Shown here: positions 1 to 13,045 of the stretch, piece by piece
Layout of the letters: each line of letters begins with the position of its first letter
Position numbering within the stretch: the first letter of the stretch is position 1
Source of the DNA: Vicugna vicugna
Taxonomy: Eukaryota
Assembly (NCBI GenBank): GCA_013265495.1
Contig: MU058636.1
Coordinates: 9,502,176 to 9,566,175 of the forward strand
Reading direction: 5' to 3'
DNA: 64,000 nucleotides
Translations under genes and position numbers: made by a program
The notes under the pieces: generated by a model
Databases searched by the model: none
Seen by the model: only the letters and a program-made list of their open reading frames with translations
What the model was told of the DNA's origin: nothing

Positions 1-2014
1 AAAAAAAAAAAAAAGACAAGGGAATTCTTGGTTCTAATCCTAGCATTTCTCATGGTTAACAAGAAGCACCTTGGGGGGTGTCATGGAATCAACAAGTAGC
101 TAATAAGTAAGGATGATCTTACTGCACATGAACCATCTGTATATTGATTTCCCTAAAAGTCCGTCATGGATAAACTTATCCAAAAAAAAAAAAAGAAGTA
201 CTGATGGAAGTATGAAGTTACAAGCTAATCGATGCCAATTTAACAGCATCGGCCCAGAAACCAATGCCCAAGTTTGAGAGGAATTAAGAAAATGTTCCCA
301 AACGAGGACAGTCTCTCCATTTACAAAATCAAACTAAAGCATGCGGCGTCTATGGCGCACTTCCTATACACGCAGCTCCGTCCTGAGGAGGCACAGGGAT
401 GGAGGCTTCTAAGAAGTGAGTGTCCCTGCCTTCAAGGAGTGGGTGTGTTTGGCCCTGTGATTAATGGAAGTTCTGAGAAGTGATATCTGAATGAAATTTC
501 AAATATCCACAGAAGGCATTGTGGACTCAAGTGGATATTTATTGGATTTTCTGTTATTCCCAGTTGCTGGTTTCCTAGGAAACCAGAACTAAACTGTAAA
601 CATTTTCTGAGTCTCTGTGCCTGGGGTGCCAGGCACTGGACCAAATGCTGGAAATGTGATCGTGAATAAATAACAATTGAACGTACTCACCGACTAGAAA
701 GGGGAGGAGACCTATGAACACACAAGCATGACTGTCCAGCTTACACACTAACAGCATGTCACATGTACCTGGTGTGCGTCTTCTGCCTTTTTAAAAAATC
801 TAGCTCGATTCCCTAGGTTTTAAGATGATCCCACTTAGAGTGGTCGTGAACAGAGTGACAGCAAGATGACACAAATGCCTTTTTGGAATGAGAGGTAGGA
901 AATCACAGTTCAGAAAACATCCTGTGAGAACTGGGGAAAGTCTTGGCAGAGGTTGACCCGGAAGTGCTTCATCTCCATTCACAGAGGAGGTCTCTGACCC
1001 CTTCCCCAGAGGAGTTCACAGTCACAGGGTGAGGCAGCAGCTGCAGAGCTTGCCAGAGCTGTCTCAGGGTCACTGCAAAGCTACTGTGCGTTCACAATTT
1101 GGAATCAAAAAAGAGAGACAGAAATAAAAAGGAAGGACAAAATAGGGATAGATAAGACACGCCCTCACTGTCATCAGCACTCAGTGGGGCTGGGTCGGAA
1201 AACATTTTAAGGGTAAATCGACTCTGCCCATCCCCTGTGACTGTCATGAGTACACTGGAGACAAGCGCCAGTTTGAGGCAGACTCCCAAAGAGCCAAAAA
1301 CCCATCAACGGGGATCGAAGCATTTTCATGTCCTACTTCATGGCCTGATTTCTTAAACTTACAGTGTAAAATTAGCCTTATCCCATGTTATTGGAAATAC
1401 TGCAAACAAGTCAACTTGACAGACTAGAAAATACAAATAAAAAAATAAAAATTAGGGGAAATTTCACCCATAATTCTACAAACACAGGAAAACCCCCATT
1501 AATACTGTGGCATTGATTTTTCCAAAGGTGTCAGCTGGAAAGAGGTCTTGTCGGGATAAAAACAAGAGTATTTGTGAAGAACAAGAAGAAGAAAACCTGA
1601 AGCTGGACTTGAACTATGAGATGCGTAACGTTAACCTCCTGGATAAAGATTTTTATGCCCATTTAAATGAAAGCACTCACCACCCAAAACACGTGATAAT
1701 TCCATCTGAATTTTATACTAACATCTTGATATAGAAGCATTTATATTCGCATAAATATATATGGTTCATACAGAGAGTCTATTTAATATAATTCTTTTCA
1801 GCTGGACCAGTCATTTGTCCACTGTCATCCAAGATAGAAGGTCCCTTCTGGTACTACTAAGAACGAGGGATATTACCATTTTACGAGAAGGATGAACCCC
1901 CCCAGGAGGAAGGCCATTTACTGTTACACCAAAAGGATTTGTCTCAGTTAGTGGCTTGTGGATAGGTCTTAGAGACAATGCTATAACAGGAATCTCTCTG
2001 TGTTGACCACTCAC

Positions 2015-2078
2015 GTCCTTTCCTCTCACATGGACTCCTTGGTTTAAGAGCCCAACCTCCTTCACTCGAGAGAAATCC
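2015..2078 (-). other. Candidate 64-nt internal exon (unverified)
   Basis: Acceptor 'ctaatctttctccag|', donor 'GAC|gtgagt'; two frames open; no recognisable protein. Confidence 0.2.
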
Positions 2079-2711
2079 CTGGAGAAAGATTAGATGTGGA
2101 GATGGTAAGTCAAAGCAGGATTAGGCAGCTACGACTTCAGCAGGTTACGATTAACATGAAGTCAACACAAAGAGACTACAAGCTTCTGTCTTACCAATGT
2201 TACTAACACAACAAATCTTGACATTGTAGAATTTGAAATTATTTTTAAAGGTCAGAAAAAGGTATGTTACAATGTTGTTTAGCGTTGAAAAAGTAGAATT
2301 GACTGAATATTCACAGTACTAAAAAATGAATGAATTATGACATAGTCATAGGGATAAAGCATTATTTAGCTATTAAAAACTATAATTCCTAGCATGAATA
2401 TTTAATCTGATGTATTATATATTTATATGTCCATATGCAGATAATTATGTGCAAATTATTCATGAGTACTCTGGATTGGCTTTCTCCTCTTATCGTAGTT
2501 TGCTTATACTTTTAAGTTGGCCTAACTAACTTGTATTAATCTTGTAATAAAAAAATTTGTAAAATATGTCTTAACAACAAATGCTAATTATATGATGGTA
2601 GTTGAAAAAAAACAGCAATGAAAAACTATGCAAGAGACAATTAAAATGTAGTGTTGTAGTTCACAGTCAAAAAAAAGGGCTAAAAGGAATTACTTTAAAA
2701 TATTTGCTCAG

Positions 2712-3990
2712 TAATCATTCAACTCATATTAAGTAAGCACCTACTTTCTACCAAGCACTGTTCTATTCTTTGGGTATAAAGTGGTAAACAAGACAGACAA
2801 GGTTGCTGCTTTCCTAGAGCTTACATTCGGAACAAATAAAATACAATGATCAAATCCTTAGAGAAGCAAGATCTTTTCAGATGTTGGTAAGCGCTGTAAA
2901 AAAAAAAAATACAACAGGTATATGTGATGGAAGGTGAGTGGGAGGGAGGGGCTACTTTAGATGGTGCAATTAGATTGCTGCTTTCATGAAACAGATCTAG
3001 GATGGAACTAGGATGGTAGGAGAAGGCAGCCATCATGTGAAGACGGAAGGACAGGGAGGAATAAGTAATGAGGAGGATAAAGACCCCTAAATTAAATGAG
3101 CTTGTTGGGGCTGGAAGACAGGGAACAAAAGGTGGAAGAGACAGGTCCAAGATGTATTCAGAGGAGCAGACAAGGGTCAGATCATGCACGGCCAGGGGAA
3201 TGAGTTTGCATTTTAGTTCAGTTATGGGAACTTACTGTAAGATTTTTAAACAGGGGTGTGACATCACTTGAGTCCTTGTTGATGGGGTAGAAGGGAATTT
3301 TGGGGGAAGAAGAGATATCAAGCATGACTCCAAAGTTCAGAGCTATAGCTGGATAGTGGCATCAGACTGTGATGACCACTAAGAGAAGGACACATTTTAG
3401 AATGGTAGAATGTGGATCTAGAGAATCAAAAGTTCGTTCTGGCCATGTTTTGTTGGACATATCACGTGAAGTGCCTGGTAGGCAACTGGCTATCTGACCT
3501 TCAGTGGAGAGAACAGGATTGGTGAAAAACAGGAATTACTGGCATGTAGATGACACTTAAAGCATAGTTTTGAATAGAATTACATAAAAAGTAAATGCAG
3601 ATAGAGAATATTCAAGAAGAATCCATCCTGTCCAAACTAACAGGTCAAGCAGAGGAAGATGAGAAAAATAATTGGTGAGTTGGAAGATGAAGAGGCCATA
3701 ATATCTTGGAAGATGAGCCAAAAGACTATTTCAAGAAGGGGAGATGTTCAACATGTCAGATGCTGCACAGCGATTTAGTAAAAGTTGAGACAAAGAATTA
3801 GCCACTGGATTTGCAACATTAGGGTCACAGGTAACCCGAACAATGGCAGTTTTAGCAGCATGACGGAGAAGGCAGACCCACTGGAGCAGGATGAGGAAAG
3901 AAAAGAGGAGAAACTAAAGACAGCAAATGGAGAAAATTCAACTGTGTGAAAGCTGGCAAAGTAGTGGTACTTGGAAGAGAATGAAGAGCT
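2712..3990 (-). mobile_element. L2 LINE relic (3' portion)
   Basis: Starts 'tcattcaactc...gtaagcacctactttctaccaagcactgttcta...aacaagacagacaagg...gagcttacattc', the reverse complement of the L2 3' end, and continues as purine-rich L2-like sequence; boundaries approximate. Confidence 0.8.
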
Positions 3991-6309
3991 TCAGCAGGGG
4001 ATTTATTTGAACACACATTAAAAAGAGAAAACAAATTTTGTAGCACAATCTCTGCCCTGTTTCAGCTTTCCAGCTGTCAAAAATGTGCCCCTTCTTGGCT
4101 ATTGCTTCCTAGGCATTGTGTCTGGGGCAAGGGCTCAGGAAATGGTATCCATATTGTGACTCTAGAACTCAACCAGAAAGTGGAACTTTTCTTTGCCCCT
4201 AACTCAAGTCTAACATAAAAATGTCACATACACAAGAACAACAGGTCTAGATTATCCCAAACTCCTGTCTACCTGATCACAATTTTTTAACAAAACTACA
4301 TGCTGCTGCTTCCCATCCAATTCTGCCTCAGGCAAAAGCATTTCATGATGTCATGAAATACACAGCTTATTGATATAGGTTCTGTTTCCTTTTAATTTTT
4401 TGAAATGCTGATGCAGTCTTCTTCATGGATTTCAGAATCCATGTGGACCCCATGTGGGATTTTACAAAAGCACCAAAAATCAACATGGAGAGGAAGAAGA
4501 TGGAGCGGCCAATGGAAGAAGCTTATTGACTGAGAAACAGGAAGTAGCCAAAGATATGCAGCCATCACTTGTGAGTACCTGTCGCTCTAGTCCTGCCACG
4601 AAAGAGAACAGCGTGAGACACACTGAGCCCAGTCTGCCCTTACCATTCATGAGAAGTTTAAGGTAGTTTCAAATCTGGCGTTCCATAAGGAAGAAGGATA
4701 ACCCTGATCACAGCCACGAGAATTCTTAGGTATCTTCATAAATAAATAAATACTATGTTATTTTTCTCAGTTTAAGGGAGTACACAGGGACTTTTCAGCT
4801 CTACTTTCCAAAGGTGGTTTTTTTAAATTTTGCTTTAGCGTGCTGCCGTTACAAGACAATTTAATGAACCTTGGCTGGTCCAACAAGTCATTTCATCAAT
4901 GAACACAGGATCCTGAATTATAAACCGGGTTGATTCTCTTGTGGAATATCAGTCACTGGTGTAAAATTCACACCCCTCCTTCCTCTCTTGTCTTCCCTTT
5001 CCTTTTATTCTTTTCCCCACTCCTTTCACGTACTGAGATGATTTCTTTTCCTCCTTGGATTCTTTCCAATTAACATGAATTTCCTCTAAAAGATTCTAGC
5101 ATCCTTGAAGGAGTGTACAGCCAGTTATGAGGTTTTTAAATATCAGCCTTCACCTCATCCACTCTTGCAATGAACTACTTTCAGGAATATCTTTCACTGT
5201 ATCAGCAGTAGTTCTCACTTGAGGGTGGGGATGAATCTCAAAACAGGAGACGCAGGTCTGTGCGTGGCAGGCGAGTTCGCTAGAGATTTGTATGTGTGAC
5301 TGCCTGCCGTCACCCTAACCTTCAGAATGACTGATGGGACTCCCCACCCCCAATTCCTTGCATAGCAAGAGAGAACTTACTGATATTTACAGTGATGAAA
5401 ACAAATGATCAAACCTGGCAGTTTTCATCTAGAGTCAATTCACAATAATCCATGTGTAAGCCTGTGGATTTTCCAAGGCTGATTTACAATTCCAGAAAGG
5501 TCTCTGCTGACACCTCCCAGCCATCAGGGTCACTCTCCCCTCATCAGTCAGCTATGGCTCAGGGAATACCAACTACATTTAATACCAGATTAAGCAAAAT
5601 ATCAAGGAAGACAAAACAGCAGGAAAAATCATATTGCATGCAAAGTGCAAACAGGAAGGGTTTTGGCAAATCACGTCTCATACTTTGAATTATCAACACC
5701 ATCACTTTCTAACTGAACAACGCTTCACAGGCATTTTAATTCTTTCTGAAAATTGTATCTGTGTATCAGATTCAGAGAAGTGGGCTTGGCTATTTTTCAG
5801 GTATTTCATCATTAATCATCTAATTTATAAATGATTGAAGGAAACTCTGCGCTTGTCTCACCTGATAGCCATCTTTCATTCATTTCATTAGCAGCCCCAT
5901 GGGACAACGGGAAAGAAACAGGGAAAGAAAGATGAAAACCAGTCCACTTTGCTACCTGGTCAGTTTCTGGAAGAATTCTAGTAAATGCAAGACAAGACTA
6001 GAAAGTAGACTAAAATAGGATTTCTTGATGCTCTACCTTGGAATTTCAATTATTTCTGTGTTCATTGGCTTTTGCCACTGCAAATAACCCAGAGGTAGCT
6101 AATATGAAGGCACTGATGAAATTCAGTTCATTTTCAGGGAACAAAAGAAATCAGGATAGAATTAAAGGAAACGGACCAATAAGCCCAGCTTCACAAAATC
6201 TAGACACTCTAGTGAAAGAAATTTAATTTGTTTTGACCCCCTACACCATTTACACCTGTGTCTCTAATTTGGTGTTGAGAACACACTGGCTTGTGCCATT
6301 ACTGTTGTT

Positions 6310-6520
6310 AGTAATAATAACAGTTGGCTTTTACTGATCTTTTACAAAGGTCTAGGCTGTGGTAGGCACTCTTCAAACAAGGTCTCTAATCCTGACAACA
6401 ACCCTCTACGACATCATGATAACTTCACTGGCAAGAAAACAAAGGCTCTTGGCCAGAGTGCCTCGGGTCCGTGGTAGCAGAAGGGCTGGACCTGAGACTG
6501 GCTGACCCTCAGACCCTCTC
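6310..6520 (-). mobile_element. MIR SINE relic
   Basis: 'aataataac...taatcctgacaacaaccct...gaaaacaaaggctc' resembles the reverse complement of MIR. Confidence 0.6.
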
Positions 6521-7744
6521 CATACAGCATTTCAGGGTCAGCGGGGACCGACTACGTATCTTATTCTCCTTTCCAATGAGACCGTAAGCATCCGACAGAG
6601 GCTGGGGTTGGAATCCTTCGTGGGACACGGACCCAGAAGTTCCGTATCTTTGCCTCCCTCGGGTCTCCTGGGCTGCGCTCGGTCAGCACCGTTGACTACG
6701 TCTCCCTCTGGGCAGGGACTTCTGTTTGTTCTCATGCCGCTTCCGTTTCTGCAGAAAAGCGATGCAGTTGCTGTGTGTGGATAGAAGTGACTCTGTCACA
6801 GTAGTATAGACCTTACCGGCTAACATAATGTTTTAAAAATGTATACAGCCCCGTGCTGTCACTTATAGATGGTCATATACATGCAAATCCATGCCGGCGC
6901 CCCGGGGAGCAGGCACAGGGTGCAAACGGCACCACCCCAGGCGGTCACTGAGCAACACTGCCGACGCGCAGACGGCAGTCAGGGTGTCTTGGCTCCACTC
7001 TAAAGATAGATTTGTCAGCAAGAGAGGCACGGCAATCTGTCACTACGAGTGGAAGTGTAATCTCACCAGCTTGAAAAGCAGAGGTCATTCTGAGCCCGTT
7101 TGATAGAATAGAAAGAAATGCTAACCTATCAGGGTGTCTGATTTCAAAAGAGAAGACAGTTTAGCTCCTCGCTGGATTGCTCTGCTTCATTAATTTAAAA
7201 CAAGCGGGCAGCCCTTAAGAAAAGGCTGAAGTTGTGTCTCTGCTTATGAAAAATTATGAGAAGTTGTTCGAATGTGCTTGTTCATTCCTTCCCTGGTCCT
7301 TAGCACACAGCAGAGACCCCAGTACGACGTCGGCGTCTTCTGAGGGAGCCGCCGCCTACACAGGGATCAGCACTCAGCTCCCGGAGGCACATTTACCCTT
7401 CCATCCGAAGGAAGGGGAGTCGTTAACTCGCTGGCAGGTGAAACTAGAGCTCCTTCTCAGAAACTAAGCATACTGTCTTGGAAACTTCTGGAAATGATCT
7501 TACAGACAAAAAGGGCCCCTCTGGAAAATCTTCCCAAAATTCTTAAAAATGATTACGTTGGACCATCAGTCAATTTGGGCCTTAACTATGTGCTCCTCTG
7601 ACATGATTCAAGAAACACATAGAGATGGACTAGAGAGTCCTCAATTCTCAAACCCTTCACAGTGCCTTTCGGGCTTGGTTTTTAGCAGACAAAAGAGTAA
7701 CCTCTCCATTTTTAGTAGAAAAGGACCATGCTTCCGCCTGGAGC

Positions 7745-7850
7745 TCTCCTGTCCAGTTGCCCCGCTGGCTTCCTCAGTGACCTTGAGTAAAAGCACTTAA
7801 CTCTCTTGCATTTTAGTGTGTCCAACTGTGAAATAAGAAAGATAATGACA
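7745..7850 (+). mobile_element. MIR SINE fragment
   Basis: 'gtgaccttgagtaaaagcacttaactctct...ctgtgaaataag..gataat' matches the MIR core. Confidence 0.6.
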
Positions 7851-9061
7851 ACAGCAGGAATAAGGCTCAGGACTTCCATAGCTCACTGAAGGCTTCTATG
7901 AATTAATCATTCATTCACTTGGGCTCGGAAAGTGCTTTTATGCTGTAAAAGCACTTGACAACAGTTAGCAAGTTCCCACATTAATGTCCTGTGTATGGTC
8001 CACAGAATTACATCAGAGACTTTGCACGGTAAAGAGTGCTGTAGGTTACTTTGTGGGCAGGGCTTTAAGAAACATTAAAAGAGACAGGTTCTTTCATTGC
8101 TTTTGCTATTTACCCCAGGGAGAAACAGGAAGGAAAGCAATTTTTAAAAAATCGTATCCACTTTAGGAAGAATTATAAAAGTATCTAAGTAAATGATCAG
8201 CCTTTGTGGGCTCTGAGAAGAGGTGATAGACAGCTGTGAAGTGGTTCTCCGTTTTCCCCGGGCAGTTTCTTCCTTTTCCCCATCCTGTCCTTAACATCAT
8301 GACACTAACCTCCCCTCTCACGCTCCTCCATAACCCGCTCTTCTCTCCTATCAAAGATGCAACTTCTGAAGCAGACTCTTCAGGTCAGGTAAACTCTGCT
8401 TCTATCAGTCTAGCCACATGGAGAAAATCTTAACTATCAAATCAAGTTGTAATTATCTTGTTAGATCACATAATACACTGGTAATTGTAATGAACTGTCG
8501 GCTGACACCTGAGCCCCACCAGATGGTCAGCGTAGGTGCCACGCCCTGGGCTCCCATGTCCTGAGGAGTAATGTGGGCCGAGCACAGTGCTCCTCAGTCC
8601 CGTGGCCATGAATGCTGCTTATTAATTTTAAAAATAGTGCTTAGATATTTATCATAGTGCGAGGTTTCAAAAATGCATTAGCGCCAATACTCACTACTTA
8701 GACACTGCCCATGTGACTCTGCAGGTATCATTTCAGATTCTATGTCCTTCATCATGAATGTGGAAGATGTGGACAAAAACTTCCTTACTGGAAACCTGTC
8801 CAGTGTATGTGGCTCCTGTGCCTTCCTTATCCATTAGGTTACTTTCCTTTCACCCCCACTCTTGTGCATGATCTGCCCAGTGTCATTTAAAGACTCCCAT
8901 CTCTCCTTTCCTATTAAAACAGATCTGCCAGCAAATTGTTCAGCCCTGATATGTTTCTTTTTTCCTGTGGAGGGTTTTGTGGCATCTTGTCAAGTGGTTG
9001 TCCTTGATGCTCACATCATTAACTGCTGTGCAAGAATCACTGATTAACAAATGCATATGAC

Positions 9062-9236
9062 TACATATAAAATAGATAAACAGTAAGGACCTACTATAGA
9101 GCATGGGGAACTGTATTCAGTATCTTGTAATAACATATAATGGAAAAGAATCTGAAAAAGAATACATACATGTATAACTGAATCACTCTGCTGTACACAG
9201 CTGAACTGTAAATCAGCTATACTTCAACTTAAAAAA
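9062..9236 (+). mobile_element. L1 3' UTR fragment (cetartiodactyl-type)
   Basis: 'aaatagataaacagtaaggacctactatagagcatggggaac...tgtataactgaatcactctgctgtacac...tatacttcaacttaaaaaa'; homologous to 17340-17530 and 41275-41456 in this window. Confidence 0.9.
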
Positions 9237-11405
9237 GTCATTCAACAATGGTATTAGAACCTAAATGCTAACCATTGGGATGTCTAGGACACTGCTGTAC
9301 TACCCTGAATAGTTGCTTTGTAAGGCTGCTAGTTTCTTTGATTTCTAGGGTTAAAGAATCTCTTTGATAGAGCACTGAGCAAAAGATAGAAACCTGGGTT
9401 CTAGTCTCAGGGCTGCCCCTGAGCAGGACCAGGACCTTGGACAGGTACGTTAGTTCCCTAAACTGAAGTTTCTTCAAAAGGGTTAAACCTGATGATCTGT
9501 CAGCTCCCTAGTCATCTTAAATATGCTTATATATGATTTATCCATGACTTTTCATAATCATGACTCTTTTAAGAGATACATTGAAGGAATAGAGAAATCT
9601 GTTATGGCTTTCTGAATGACTGATCCTGATTTTCTCTGCAACTTCTGGAGAGCTGGAGTAAATGACCGACTTCTATCTAGAATTCACAAACAAAACAAAA
9701 CAAAAACACAGTCCACATAAACAAGAAGAGGTAACAGACTTGAAATTAAAAGCAGACATCAATTTAAATAAAATCCAAACTGCTGTTCCTGTACCAGAAG
9801 TTGGAAAGTAGGTGACAACAAATAAAGGAATAATAAATAGCTAACAAAAAATGAAATAAATAAAGTAATGGAAGGAAGAGGATCCTGTGGGGAATGTGGA
9901 CTCTCCTTTTCTCTCTCTCCTTCCTATTCAGTGATGCCCAAAGATGTAGGAACTGTTTAGGCTTTTTTTTTTTTTTAATGTCCTGAATAGAGAGAACAGA
10001 GCTGCAATAAAAGTACAAACCAAGAAGGAAATAAGTCCATAAAAGCCTTACAGGTGAACAAAGCAAGGTGGACAAAATCATAGTCTCTAAAAGGTGGATG
10101 CATGAATCAGGCTTATAAAATGCCCCAAAGAGAGACAATTCTAGTTTTGTCAGTGGTACGGTATTTCTCAGGTGTATCAGTTGCTGGGTTTACTCCACCT
10201 CCACTCTGGGAAAAAATGATGCTGGATGCGGATGCAGCGAATACTGCTTTGCTGGAGAGTTTAGGGAAAGGATGCAACTCCTGCAAATAAGGAGTCGCTA
10301 ATGCTGGAATTACAGCCACATCTGTGACCGTGTAATTAGCCGAAAAGCTCAGCATCTGCCACAAACTTGCAACTACGCTGTGTGAACTGATAACACCAAC
10401 AGTTAAAACAATAACACCACAAAGCCTCCAAGAAGCTTTAATTATTCATTTAATTTGGAAACTAAAGCTGGAGAGGGCAGCTGCTAAACATCCAGCTTGT
10501 CGTTACTCATTCCTAAGTATTTGCTTTCCAGAATTTTTTCCATTGTTATTGTGATCTTCCTCTGTATTTAATGGACCCCAATTTTCCTGCAAGTCCTGCA
10601 AAAAAGATCAGGGTTAAATTCCAGTCCATCCAATTACATCAGGCATGTGAGCAAATTATTAGCTTTCTAAAATGGACAATCAACTCAAACTTCATGAGGA
10701 TTAAGGGCCTGGCTGGTATTTAATGCACTCAAATAGTGCAATTAAAATAAACATAGTGACTGCTGTGTGCCTCTAAATTTAGTCAACAAAAATCCATGAG
10801 TCCTACCATGGCACGTTTAAACTCTTCTAAAACTTTACAGTCAAGAAGATGAGCAAGAAACACAATACAATCTCTTATGCAATAATGCCATGTAGGTGTT
10901 ACAAACTTTGAGCCATAAGCAAGGAAGGAGACAGGGTGACTGCTGACTGGAGATGAAAGACAGACTCAGGGCAGAGGTGGCATTTGAAGTGATTCCTAGT
11001 CTGGGCAAAGAGGGAAAATGACATTTCTGACAGCTGGGTTAGCATGAAGGGTAACTCAGAAGCAAGAAAGAGCAGAGGGAGCTTGGGAGATGGGGGATGG
11101 TTGCAACTAGCTGACATCATAGATAAGGCCTGAAAGAGAGGTGGAGGATGGGTTACGGGGCTTGCCTAAAGAGTCTGGATTTCATCTGGAAGTCAAGAGA
11201 TAAGTCAACCAATATTTTTAAACTGGGAAGCCACAGTTCATCACGGTTCTTTACAGATTGTCTGTCTGATGAGGACAGACAGGATCAATGATGAAAGAAG
11301 TCCCTGGCATTCACTTGGGGGGTGACCATACCAGTCTAAGAAGAACTTGGTGAGGATGTGGAGTGGAGCTGGTGGGAAACAAAGGTGACCTAATCCCTCT
11401 TAGGG

Positions 11406-11606
11406 GAGCACTGTCTGATGCAACTTTCTGTGATGATGGAAATAGTCTCCATCTGCCCTGCTGGAGGTGGTCACCGCCAGCCACACAGTCCAATAAGGAC
11501 TTGAAATGTGACTAGTGTGACAGAGAAACTGAATTTTAAATTTTATTATTAATTTAATTTTGAAATAACTGCGTGTGCCTCATGACTACTGTATTGGACA
11601 GGACAG
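11406..11606. mobile_element. MER3-like hAT-Charlie DNA transposon relic
   Basis: 'gcactgtctgatgcaactttctgtgatgatggaaat...cttgaaatgtgactagtgtgacagagaaactgaattttaaatttt...tattggacagg' matches recalled MER3; degenerate terminal inverted repeats. Confidence 0.8.
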
Positions 11607-11764
11607 TTCTCAAGTAATAGATATTGCACAGGTGAGAAGTCAAAAAATCAGGAGAAATATTTAAACTGTTGAAGTAACAAGAAGGCAGAGATTTACATTA
11701 CTTTTGATAACTTCCCCCAAATTTTGGCATGAGTCATGTGCCTGTGAAAGTACATTAAGCTGTG

Positions 11765-11886
11765 ACCTTTTAGAGAGCAAGAGGAGTTTTCCATTCATCT
11801 ATCTCTTAGACCTTAGTACAGTCCTAAGCACTGTAAGTACTCAGTAAACAGCTCTGAATGAATACATGAATGAGTTAATGAATGAA
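11765..11886 (+). mobile_element. L2 3' terminal fragment
   Basis: 'agtacagtcctaagcactgtaagtactcagtaaa...tgaatgaat...aatgaatgaa' is a typical L2 tail. Confidence 0.65.
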
Positions 11887-12291
11887 CACATTATGTGTAC
11901 ACAGTTTAGTCTACTATTCAAAGAGTTGAGTTTAGGCAAATGTCTTAATGGGTGAAGGCAACAATGATGGGCTCCACCTGTGGCTTCATCCCCTGATTGC
12001 TCCAAAAATCGACTCTAGAGCATAAGAACTGAACAGCCTAGAGAACTGAAGTTCCATTTTCTTCTTAAAATCGATAATGTTATTTTTCTCAAGAGCTTTT
12101 AAAAAGCCAAAAGGATTCATATGAACCTTAACACCATCATGCACTTAGTTGGATGCTTTTAGAAAGCAATTTTCTGATTATTAAAGCAATACATATTTCT
12201 TACGGAAACTTTGGAATGTATTTAAATAATTAAGGAGGAAAAAAATTATCTGCAATTCTATAACCAAAGATGTTCACTGTTAAGCTATTAT

Positions 12292-12785
12292 GGTTACCAA
12301 ACTCAACTTGGGTCTGCTCACCTGAGCCCAGTAAAGCCAATCAACTGACACTGGGTTGCAGTGGAGGAAAGTGCAGCCATTTATTGCACCAAGCAAGGAG
12401 TCTGGGCAACTAATGCTCGAAAGATGGAACTCTCTGAAGGCTTTCAAGGAAAAGGTCTGAGAGACTTTGTAATGACTAAACTATTATTATTTTGTCTTGC
12501 TTGACTTTTTTTCTCCTTTTCTACATTTTCTCACTTCTCCAAATAAATTTGTTCTTTGGAACTTGGGGAAGGCCAAAAGGAAGCTAAAGTTTTTCTACAA
12601 ACAAGAATCAGGCAGAGGACATGGTAGGGGAAGAGGGTCTGTCCTGGGAAGGCCCCATAGGGTTCTGCTCAGTTATAATCCCCCCTTTTCTTTGATACCC
12701 CTCAATCTTGAAGAGGAACAGGTACAGAACAAGAAAGGGAAGAAAGGTTTGAATAGGAACTCGGTTGTAGGGGAACTCAGTTTTA
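12292..12785 (-). mobile_element. ERV1-class solo LTR (MER41-like cetartiodactyl family)
   Basis: Ends are degenerate TG..CA; minus-strand AATAAA at the 'tttatt' near 12380; approximate 4-bp TSD ttat (12288-91) / ttac (12786-89). Family assignment from memory. Confidence 0.75.
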
Positions 12786-13045
12786 TTACTGCATTTCTTT
12801 TATGTCTGGTTTCTGTTTTTATATACAAACCTTTTCTCCAAAAAAGGTAAATTTTTATACTACGAGCAATGTCAGCATTCTTCTAAAAGTAATTTCCATA
12901 GCTTCATGATATTCATGTTACAATACCACAATTTATATAACTATACCTTTACTGTTGGTCACATACATTATTTCCAATCTTCCAGAATACTAATTTATAT
13001 TAAGAGACTTAAAATATCTATAGCCCTGACTGGTAACTCTACTTC

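Noticed and set aside
684..730. Apparent minus-strand microexon (3 nt TCG, or 21 nt, followed by gtgagt)
   Set aside because: It lies in sequence resembling a decayed L2 3' end ('gtgccaggcactg...gtgaataaa...ctcaccgactag..gggga'), which explains the splice-like motifs without a gene.
10102..10364. Overlapping short ORFs with acceptor-like sites on both strands
   Set aside because: No convincing donor pairing and no recognisable peptide.
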